This document shows, in pieces, positions 12,901-24,900 of a stretch of DNA of 64,000 nt. The translations under genes were made by a program, and so were the position numbers. The DNA comes from Owenia fusiformis. Its lineage: Eukaryota. Location: contig CAIIXF020000001.1 of NCBI GenBank assembly GCA_903813345.2, forward strand, positions 47,244,001-47,308,000. The letters are read 5' to 3'. The notes below the pieces were generated by a model. The model did no database searches, was not told where the DNA came from, and was given only the letters and a program-made list of their open reading frames with translations. Within the stretch, counting starts at the first letter, position 1. Every line of letters begins with the position of its first letter.

Positions 12901-15900
12901 TGTATAGGTAAAGCAAATAGATCAATCAGTAAGTTGTCTCACTCTTCCCCTTACTACAGCAGTTGATTGTTTTTATTATTTTTGGGGGTTGGCAAAAATC
13001 AATTTTGAAATTGCCATTTATCCATTCCCCTAACATTGGAACTTCTACAAATATTGTCAATTGAACAGCATCGCCAAAAAATAAGCAATGACTAAATTAT
13101 CTGATAGGCTAAGCATTATAACATTTTGTGAGGGAAAAACAAGCCTGTGTCATTTAGATGGTACGCATTGTCCCCTCAGTCCTTAAATATGTGGCTTAAT
13201 TTGTTAATAGAGCATGCTTCTTGGATGGGTTGTGTATGATGATAAAATGGGTGTACCATTTGATAACCATTTTGTTATCCAGTACTAACATATAGTTGTT
13301 TTGTCACTAAATATAATGAACTAAAAGGTAGAATTTTTTCTACATGTTCATTTCATTCATACAAAGGCATTTTCAGTGCTTTTTCGACATTTGTACTTTA
13401 TATCTTAGACATTGAATAATCAAGATTTACAAGATTTTACTAGATTTTACTAGATTTACTAGTTTTACAAGATTTACTAGATTTACAGTCTACCAGACTT
13501 GCAGCTATTTTTGCATAAACTACCATATCAGATCATTGAATTTCTCAAATTACAATATGCATTCATAATAATAACTGTACAATGATGATAGTCTTTTTCA
13601 ATCTCAACCCCTAATGTATCTTAGCTCTAATAATGGTTCCTCTTGCTTTATTCTCATTTTCATCATTTGCATAAGTGAAAGCTAATTTCATATATTAAAA
13701 AAAGTATTTGGTCCAAAGGGATTATGAAATATAGAAATCAAGCATTGTCATCTATTTCTTATAACATTTTACAAGTGTCATCCTTTTCCACTAGTGTCAT
13801 CCTTTTGTGGTGTCATCCTTTTATGGTGTCATCCTTTTGTGGTGTCATCCTTTTCTTCCAACCGGATATTGTAAGTGATATATTTTAGGATCAGCGATTT
13901 TGTGCCTTTCCTTAACTTTTTATCATATGGTCTTGGACATATTTTCTACTGCTTGATTAATTTGTAATGGATATGACAAGGCTGTGTCTTTACTTGTAAT
14001 ATATTAGTAGTATTTGTAAAGAGTATAATTATTTTATTTGTTTTTTTTAATCATTAGATTGTCGGTTCAGTTTATGCTAAGAGCGTAGTATCTCTGGACT
14101 ATCATGGATTGTGTTAATCCCTCTAAAGTACATGGATATTCTCTTAGCCAAATAGGTATAATTTCAGGTAATAGTTTACTGTGGTTTCAAACTAGTTTGC
14201 TTTGGCACATTATCAACAATTTTGATTAATTGGATTGGGCATTTATTTATGAGGAGGTTTTTCTCTGAGAAGCACAATTTATCATTGACATTTGTTCATG
14301 GAAATATGTTTAAATGAAATCAGTAGGTAAATTTCTAAATTAGAATACATGCACTTTGCTTCTTGAAAGCAAATATGAAGAAAATGCCCTTAAATCAATT
14401 AATTCCTCTGATTTAATCATAAACACATGGAGATTGATAAGTCACAATGTAAGTTTGAATAGCCAATGTTAATATTAAATTATTGCCTAAAAATATTAAA
14501 AATGAAAAAGTCCATTTTGCTCTGTTGACAAAATCATGATAATTAGAGTATACCAGCATTGGTGACTCATCCTGCTTTAATTGTCATCCGATTTGCAGAC
14601 TCGATTTTCACTGCAATTGACCAATGAGAGCCAAGTGAATGAAGATGGCTCTTGGGGGGGGATATTCGGTGCTCATGGGGTGCCTTTTTTTGACATTTGG
14701 TATGGCAGTGGACCCAAAGGAGCACGTAGGTTATCGCAAACAGCAAACATCTGCTTGCAGCGAGAAGACGGACCGGTTCGGGGCAATCTGCTTGTAGCGA
14801 GAAGACGGACTGGTTCGGAGCAATAGCTGATGAAATTCTTTGTTACAAAGTTTGGCATTTTTTATAAAATCAAACACGCGTCATTGAAACTCACAATATG
14901 TAAATAGCATGTCATTTACATCATACCTTGATGGGGAAAAATAGATCTTATATGTTGGAAGTACTAAATAAAAGTTATCGTGAAAATGAGACAGTCGTTC
15001 TCGAGAGAAAAGAGCATAAATGCGCATTTAGAGAGTTTTGGTCCGTTTAAAAATCTGTAAAAAATTGGGGTACTTAAAAGCATCGGGAGGCATCATATAT
15101 TTCAAATTAGACACGAGGAAGTCAATATTGAGCAAGTTATGGCTATTTTAAATTCAAATAAAACTGTTAACCCGTACCGGTCCAGCTTTTGACCCGTACC
15201 GGTCAATTTTCGTTAGCTGCGTATACCAAGGGTGTTCATTATCTTCAAGAAAAGTATATATAATGACAATTTAGTTAATCAGACCTAAGTGATATTGAAG
15301 GGGCAATGGACCAATCGACATACTTTTTCAAAAATGCTGACATAATTTTCACCAAAAATGCAACCTTTTACTATATTGTTGAATGCATAATTAGAATGTG
15401 CTCTGAGACATGTTCGATTTCCTAAAAGGAAAAGTTGATTGCTCCAGGGACTTTAAAGATACTGAATTTGGATGACCAAAATGAACTGAAACCAATGGAT
15501 AGCATGAGATTTTTTAATGGAGAAATAACATGGGGAACACTTATCTTAAAGCAATTCAGTTTTTCTTTCAAGAATTATTTGATTCATCAAAATAAAGAAT
15601 AGAAATGCATTAAACATTGTAAAAAATGGTGAAAATGGGGTCAACACCTTTGAAAAAGTGTGTTGATGGGTTGATTACTAGTTAAATATCTCCGTGTTTG
15701 TTTGACTATTATTACTGTATATACTTTTCTTTGAGGTAATGACTTGATCTAAAAGATCAACCTGTCTTCATAGTCAGAAAATAGTCAAAATCCAAAATAT
15801 AACCTTCTGAAATTGTTTGCGATAACCTATGTGCTCCTTTTAGGATCTGGTATGAGAATGCCCCCAAATTATGACTTTTGAGCTATGGCAATGGTTGAAT

Positions 15901-18900
15901 TTTCCACTTTCTGGTATGAGAATGGTCATGGAAGTCGTTACCTCACACTTGTGGTATGGCATTTGTCTAGTAATTACACATATCCTTAATTTGAGGTTGT
16001 TGTCATGGATTGTTTTCCTCAAAGATCTGCCTTCTTTCCAGGGCTATAGACATTTTGAATGCCTTTGGTCTTATATCTGGATATTTGGTATGGCATTGGT
16101 CCTATATTTGTACATTTGGTAAGGCATTGGTCTTATATTTGGACATTTGGTATGGCATTTGGGCGTTATTTTGGTTGGTATGGGAACACATTGAAATTTG
16201 ACAGATTGGTATGGGAATATATTGATATCTGAGGGTTCAGCCTAGGACCCCTGCCAAATTTTGTATACAGTGACCCCCCCTGGCTCTTCTTGTGTTATAT
16301 TGAGTTTTAAACATATTCATGATATGCCTTCATTGATGATTCCTGGGGAAACATAATACGATGTAACAAAATTAACCTGATTTGTACATGCCAACTTTGG
16401 AATTTGTTATTACTTGCAATTTGCAATTCATAGATGCTTACTTCTGTGACCCAAGTTTATATAACTCAAAGTAATCCTAAATTTTACCTTCCTCTCCTAC
16501 ACTAATTGAGTAATATTATCCATCAAGTATTTCTTTACTTTCCGTTATGGAATTGATACTAGAATATCTGTAAAAATATATGTGATGTTTATAATCTCCC
16601 AAAGATCAAGTTAAAGTATGCATTATGCATTAGTTTTTCCTAGTAATACATCTATGCATTGAAATATAGGCATTCTGCATGCCATTAGTGCTTTTATTAT
16701 CCTATTATGAGTGCATGTATCTGTCTTAAAGCTATAAAAACATTGTCACTTTAATTTTTCTTCTGTCAATTGTCAATTATGAATTTGGAGTCGAGAAAAC
16801 AGATGCAAAAAGTAGAAAATATTGTGATGAAGACCTTGTCCTTAAATATACCCTGCGCGCAGAGTCTAGTTAAACTACACTCTGCCTAGTATAAACCATA
16901 TTACAGTTTAGTAGCCCCGCCCCCACGACGGATACCGGTGACAGTTTTGGAAATAAATCACTTCTGACCTACGCGCTGACGTAATCAGCGAGCTTGAAGA
17001 AACATACGCTAAATGCGTGCTAATTAAATATGCGCATGTCATTGGCCGATTCCGGGCTCAAGGATGACGTCAGAAGGAATGACTATATATAGAACGTCGG
17101 TCAAATTTGGCCAACGAACACTGATTGGCGCGGTGAGTTCACAGGTTTATTTTAGTTTGAAAGAGTGAAGACGAAGCTCTCTTTTAAGAAGTGAAGTCAA
17201 ACGAATGCAAAGGGTACCTTAAATATTGTATACTGAGACAATTATGGGGGCCATAGAGTGAACATTTTGGAGCTTTGTCCAAAACATAGTTCACTGCTTT
17301 GTTCACTACTTATTAGCATCAAAATGTACCTGGGTCAGATATTATCATGACATTTGATCTCATGTTCATTAAAAGGTATTGTACTCCGACTGTACAAGAC
17401 GAAGCTCTCTTTTAAAAGCTAATTTGAACGAATGAAAGGGGAAAAGGAATTGGATTTCAGTTATAGTAATGCTCACTGATAATGATAAACAGATGGACTA
17501 TGGTTGAAATAATAAATACTGGACAAAAAGAAAAAGGGAAATCAAAGCTCAATAGCCCAGATTTGAGTAGGTAGTTACCAATTCCACCACCAGGTGGCTA
17601 ATTCGGTGCAGATACTACCAGATAGCATGGCAGATATAATAGAAAGTTGCCTTGGACTTGAATACTTTAGTTATAGTGGTTCAATAATCATATTACACCT
17701 CTCATATGTATCTGATAGTTATGAAAATTGAAATTTGTTCAGGAAAAGAAAAAATGTATCTGTACAAGAAAAGATATTTCACTTTTTGTGATTTTATAAC
17801 ACAGGGTCTCTGGGAATCTCCCTGACCTTGAAGTCACATATTCAAAGAAAATTAAATTTTCGATTCAAAGTTGATAAACAATTTTCGAAACCACTTTTGA
17901 AGATGTACTTTTACTTGTAGATTTCAAATATGACATCACTTTGACTGAATTTTGAATATTTAATGATGGAAAACAAGATTATATCTAGTCGCATCTATTG
18001 ATATAGCGCAAATAACTTTGCCCTAAATGCTGAGAGGCTTTTCTAGATGTTGTTTTACATGCAAATTTCAAGTATAATATCACTTTGACTAAATTTTTTA
18101 TGACGTAAATCAAGATTATTTCTACATGCATCTAGTCTATTAAATGTGAAGAAGGAATACGGTACACCCCTACCCCCTCCCTCACAAGACATAATTTGGT
18201 GTTCATTGTGGATTTTATTTCGAATAACCTGCTGATATTTCAAGTGGAAGACAGAAGCCCCCACACATCTTATGAATTAACCTGAGGTGAATGTGATAAT
18301 CATCTTTAACATCTTTAATTCAAGACTTGTGCAAATGTTATCATAGCTGAGATGCTGTTGTTGATCTTGGCAAATTTTTAGTCAATCAAATGTTTAGCAT
18401 TCTGACTGGGAGCCTGAAGCAAGTAAATTTAGATCCATGGTGACATTGTTTAAATGCAGCATCAAAACATTAGAACATGAAAACAGCTTCGGCTTATGAA
18501 ATCAAAACATATTTTATGGGTCATTTAACTATGGACTCTTTGGAGACTTCCGTCCCCATGGTTAGACATAACAACTTTAAATCTCTGAAAGAGGAGACTT
18601 AAAGGTGATCTTACTTCAAGGCCTTATGAACCCCCCCCCCCCCCTCTCTCTCTCTCTCTCTACCCTATACACCTTACCTACCTTAATGTGAACTAGATAG
18701 AAGGGAGAGATGGTCCAGGTACTTATGTCACACATGGAAAGGTTACAATGGGAAATTTACTCACTTAAAAGACATTGGAGTATACTTAATATTTTATGCT
18801 TTTGAATTGTGTCATTATAAGGTATTAGCGATGAAAGAAAAATACAACTTCCCACCTTAGCTTAACCAAAGGCAAAATTAATTTGTTTACAATTTTCTTT

Positions 18901-21900
18901 GTTTGGATAAGTTTGAAAATTATTTGTTGGAAATAAATTATCGTCAAAACATTAAATGATATTATATCATCAAAGAACATTGTTGCTGACATTTATAGGT
19001 TTCAATCTTTCGAAAGATGTAAAATTACTTGAAATAGAAAAATGATAAAATGCATTGTAACAATGTACATTACTAAAATATGTTAATGCTCAATAGCTAA
19101 TAATCCTTTTAGAAAAGTATTTCCTTAGTAAATATACTGACTGGAATGGTTACACAATGTAAATGTAAAGCCTTAATTAAGAACATATGCTACATTCAAG
19201 ACAGATTTAACTACACAACTAATAAATAAAAGCAAATGAACAAACATACAAAAAATAAAATAAAAATGTGAATAAAATACTTGCCTCCCATCTTATTCTT
19301 TCATCTTCAATTTTCGTGTTTGTTTCAATTTCGTTTTCACGTCTGTTTGGCTCAGGTGCTTTTATTCCTTGGAACTTCAAGATAAGTTGTTTAAATACAG
19401 CTTGTTGCTGAGTAAGCTTTCTCTCCAGTTCCTTTATTTTGTCTCTGTTGTCTTTGATCTCATTTTGCATGCCCTGCATGACACAGGGAGTTGGTGCAAG
19501 CCAGGGCTCCCCCGAAGTACACGTGTTGTAATCCAACCCATGTACCACAGCAATCACGACATGCACCACTGTACAACAGAGTATAGAACTCATGAGAAAT
19601 ATTTGCATGTTTGTTCCCAAATGCTTAACACTCCTTCAATCCAGTCTTTAAATACTCAGGTCCGACCAATTTGATATTCTTAGTCCTAATATAGCTCAGT
19701 TTGGCTCAGGGAAAAGATTTACTCCTCCAAACAACAAGTTTATAATCACTGGTTCCCTGAACAGCCCTCTTGGCAAGTGAAGCAATGTTTGATCAAGATT
19801 TTCATTTCGCAAAAGGTGAAATTATACAATAGTATAGTATGCTGTACCCTATAATTAAAGCTGTTGAATAGGAAGTGCTTTGTACATCATGTGGCTATTT
19901 AACTCAGTGGGCAAACTAATCCATTCATTAGAATTCAACAAATTTTGGCTTTTAAGCAATTTTTTAAAAAATTGGCAAAGTATTTTTCAGTGCAGGAGGT
20001 GTAGACAACCATCAGTCATCATGCGAGAATGTCTGTGTTTATTGATATACTGTAAGCCAAAGTTTTTTTCAAGTGATTGATTTTTTCATATTTCACATAC
20101 ATTGTAGATATGATATCGAGGAATTTAAAGGCACTCACAAAGTAGAATTCTAGGTTTTTCACAAAATTGATTGCATTTATGAACATTTTTTTGAGTCATA
20201 GCCATAAATGATTTCAGAACAAAACATTATTTGAGGGAATGATAATGTAACTTCAGTGTTCAAGAAAATGGGTTTTGGGGTTGCGGGGAATGTTAAATTA
20301 GCACTTCAAAAAGCTGATGGATAGTTTGAGATGATCCCTTGAATTCATGAATGCTCAGTTGTTTCAGATTTAGATTATCATGGCATGTGTATGTTCAGAT
20401 TCAAATATCACAAAGATTTAATCGGTCTATTGGTTTCCAAAATTGATTATTGTGACTGATTGTGTAACTTCAAAAGACTTCAATGTATTCATTAAGCATA
20501 CATCATACAGTTCATCACCTGAGCTAATCAAGTTTTATCTATAAACATATGTCATGTGATATTTGATCTTTTGATGGTTTGAGTTAATAGAATAATGAGA
20601 TGAACAGAATAATAGTATTGCATGGAATCCCAGCTTATTTCTTAATAAAAACAACAAAATTAATTATACATCTAATCATTTTTGTAAGTAGTTTAAATAC
20701 CGTAATCAAAATGTTAGTACCATCTGAACAACCACAAAAAAGCTTTCTTTGGAAGTTAGATTGTGATATGAACAATGTGTTACAAATTCCTGACTTAATA
20801 TTTCATTGGATGAGGGAGAGATCAATGAATTGTCTATAGTTTAAAGAGTTTAGCTGGACTGAAGTCAGGACTGAATTTCTTGTAAAGGGTTGAGTGGTTT
20901 TATACCACAAAGCAAAAATGTCAACTTACAGATTGTTAAAGTGATGGATTGTCAATAACAATGATCTTGGCCTGGAATGTGTCCTAAGTAAATACTTCTT
21001 CTAAACAATTTTTATATAACATTATATTTGTACTATAGTCAAGATTTTGATGCTTATTTTCATGTTAATAGTCTCAAAAATGGCTTGTGTTTTATTGGAT
21101 CATTAACTTTTTTCAAAGTGTCAAGAAGTCTGACAGAAATTTTGAAATTTTTTTTATTTGATCTTGAAAAGGTAGGAGTTCTCAGAATTGCTAAGAAATT
21201 GCTAACCTGAGAATTTATAATTTGAAATGATTTTGAGTCAATGAAAGATGAGCTAAGGAAAAATTAAACTCTATTTTTGTGAAAAAACTTGTATGATAAT
21301 GTCTTGTTAGTACTATTATTTAAATGTGGCCTTTAAGACCTTTACTTCATGCAGAAAGGTACATTGATATCTTAACCAAGCCCCTTACAGTTGCCATAAG
21401 CTAGCATTTTTTTCTTTGGACATTTGTATGAATGCATTTATTGGCGCATTTATAGGCGTCCGTCCATATGCCCTTTGGACTATGTCCATTCCTATATAAT
21501 GCCCTCTGGCGATTTAGGGATGCTATTGTAACTGTATTTTAAACTATATCAATGAAATAAATAATTAAAAAAAAATATGTCCTTTGGACTTTATAAATGT
21601 CAACATGAACATGTACTTAATATAATTAAATAAATTGTAGATTGTTAAGTGATTGAGCTAATATTAATGGTCATTGATGCAACTTCAAAATTATGCAACA
21701 AACACAGGCTGACACAATGTCATTAAAATGAGTTATTTTTGCCAAATCAGGAAAATAATTCCACTTGTTGAATCGAAAAGACAAATATATATTACTGGTG
21801 TAACATAATGTAATATTTATATCAAATAGGATTATGAAATAATATTGGCATGATCAGATTATAAGACTGTACAATAAACATTGTTTGTTTTGATTATTTA

Positions 21901-24900
21901 CTCATGTTCAGTCAGACCCTGGGAAATCTGAAACATATAAATGTTTGAAATGTGCATACAGTATTCGTACATGATGTTTTCTTTATTCATATTTCTTATA
22001 TGTACATCTGTATTTAATTTTATATCACTCTTTTCCATACTGATATGCTAAAGCAAAGCTTTGAAAGTATATTTAGAATACACTCATACAGAAAATCAAA
22101 TTTTGATTGAATCTCTTTTTGATTTAAATGTAATATAATATCCTAATGGATCTTATGGGCATCACTGCATTGGTCCATTCATCAGAATTGTTAATCTTAA
22201 TATTCACTTCGTGTAAGAATATTCATTTTATGTCTACCCAAAGATCTAATTTCATTTCTAATGCTGCCCTTTGTGCTTTTCATTTCAGAGGCTTGAGGTG
22301 AAACTGACAAGTCTAGTTGCAGCACAGGACGCATATACAAAGTCCAAGAATGAATGGGCTGCAAGGGTAAGACTGGATATAATTCCATCTTTTTCCAACT
22401 TAGTAGTTTACTTCTGTATAATCTAAGCATATGGTCTTCGTAAAACTTCTCAAGTCAAAACTTTTCTTCAATACATCTTTAGTTTTTTCTTTCAATTTGA
22501 ATTAATTTTTTTAATTTAAAGATTTAACATAAACTAGTAAGAAAACATTTATAAACATAAAACCCCCTTTTCAATTCTCATGTTAAATAGTCCAAGCTAT
22601 GGCTCCAGTATAACATTGGCATTATGTCTAACACACAATCCATATAATACACAAATCCTATACATGGAGGTTTCAACCATCGTGGTAAGGGTATAAGAAT
22701 GGATTTCCATGTGAAACTTATTATATTTATTAATTGCTGTAACAAACAAACATGGTTTGCTGAAGATAGACAGGTCGGATGACTAGACATGAAATTCTTG
22801 AGTATCTCACAAATATAATTTCCTAAATAGTGCAAGTTCCAATTTAGTTATGTCCAATCCAGTTCAGGTATTTCCTATACAGGACACCCAAGTATTTCAA
22901 ATCGCATTGAGATGTGCCCATTCCAAGAGATTGGGTTGATGCGGATATGTTGTGCAATAATTGGAGATATTTTGTTTAACACTCTTGTGTCTGCATCAAA
23001 GTTGCCCTGGAATTCCTGAAAACATGGTATATGCACATTATGATTTGTCGTACTTCATGGTCAATGGAATTATTCATAACTTTGTCTCATCAGCCCTTAG
23101 GACAGGATTGAATTCTGTGTTTTTAATATAACTGAAGTTCGCTTTTGGTCACCATGTATTTGTACTATAAACTTGTTAAAGACTTGTGCTTTAAATTCAA
23201 ATATTATAGCCTCCTCATTTACTGAATCATTTTGCATTAGATTTTATTGATTCATCATGTAATTGCTGTTCGAGTTACTATTTATTTCTCTACATTTGCC
23301 AATTGTAAAGATCAATCTGGCCTTTGGGTCACTTAAATAGAGGTATAAGCACACTTGTCTTAAATCAATTGGTGGAAAAAGATAAGATGAAGAGGGGGCA
23401 GGGCAACACAGGGGCTTCATTAAAATATGTTTCCCACATAGGCTTTCCACATACAAAATAACTTTACCTGATTGTAAAGTATAAGTTGCTCATCTGCCCC
23501 AGCATACCATACTCTGTAGGAGGTGACCCATTGGTTGGTTGCATCTCCCCCTTCCTCACTCCTCCCCTGGGTAATGACTCCTGTTATCTGCCTAAGAGCC
23601 CCCAGGTCTACCTCTATCCACTGTGTTGTGTCTAGGGAGTTACCATTTGCCACCCATCCACCACTTTTAGACCCACTATAGACATAAGAAAATTTTGTTA
23701 CTATGCAGTTATATCTCCTCTAAATGTTCTTTTTTCTGATATATTTGATTATATTATCTGATGTGAAAATTCATAATCTCAGTATGTATGTTTAACAATC
23801 TTAGTATAGTGCTGCCCTCTTTACAACCAACTTAATCTAATTATTATCCAAATGGAAATTGAAAAATCCAGCTGACCGTATCTCTGTATTAAGTCTAGCT
23901 CTTTCAGGTCCATTATCTCTCTCCTGTGCCACGGAAGAAGCAGAGAAGCTGGCATCTGGGATATTATACTCATCCCCTGACAGTAGAGCTTCTCCAATGC
24001 ACACTGAACCTAAATAAGGAATATCAGATAGAATTGAAGAGATATTAAAATACATGAATGTAGGTGCTAGCTAAAGCAACACATTATTGAATGAAAAACT
24101 AGGAAGAACCCAGGCCATGTACAATAAGTATTGCTAATTTTTAATTTTGTTATGTTTCATATTTCTCCATGAAACTTTTACAACATAAGCAACACATATC
24201 TGACCTTATTCTATCCAAATTTCTGGACAAGGTTATGGTTACTAGGGTAACCATTGTCACAGATACCCAGGGCAACCTTAAGGGTTTACATAATGAATTA
24301 TTGTTATCAAATAAACACTTTGATGAATAAAAACTGTTGATATGGTCAAATCTTGATGTTGTCAGTTTGAATTATATGTATTATCTAACAGCGGTGCTAA
24401 GAGATCTGAGAGGAATATTGCACTAGAGTCTAGAATCTCAATCAGCGGATGTATGCAGTGAACACTGCACATCCCTATCCACACACTTCAACGTCCTCAA
24501 AGAGCAATATCGACATATACGGTCCATCAGGATAACGCCCCTGCTCACAGATCCTCTACTCTCCTATATAAATACAATAACAGAGCTTAGCATGGAAGCG
24601 TTGCCCCACGCAGCATATTTTTAGATAAGGCCCCCTTGATTTTGTTGTATTTGCCTCAGTGAAAAGGGATCAGAAGGGAATATCGCACCAGAATCTCAAT
24701 CAGCTGATAACTGCAGTGAACACCTCCCTAGCCACACACTTTAAGGGTGGCTTCAAAAATGTGTACCATGAGTGGGTCGCCAGACAGCAACTGTGCATTG
24801 ACGTTAAGGGTACCTGCCTGGTTTGAGCACCTCATGAAGTTAATATGGATCATGAAGTGACTCTGGAATGGATTATTTATAACTGAACTGCATATCCCAA

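Larger units (their letters stand above)
9832..13864. mobile_element. Non-autonomous Mutator/MULE-like DNA transposon with tandem-repeat TIRs
   Basis: TIR CGGTTGGAAGAAAA(T/G)GATGACAC with repeated AAAAGGATGACAC units at both ends; exact 9-bp TSD GATATTGTA at 9823-9831 and 13865-13873. Confidence 0.85.

Noticed and set aside
14581..14858. ORFs as a middle exon of the C-type lectin
   Set aside because: They lie across the ends of two nested transposons and have no lectin-related content.
16841..17222. CpG-rich patch with CRE/CCAAT-like motifs as a promoter
   Set aside because: It is bounded by TTAA and a weak inverted repeat, suggesting a MITE, and no linked first exon was found.
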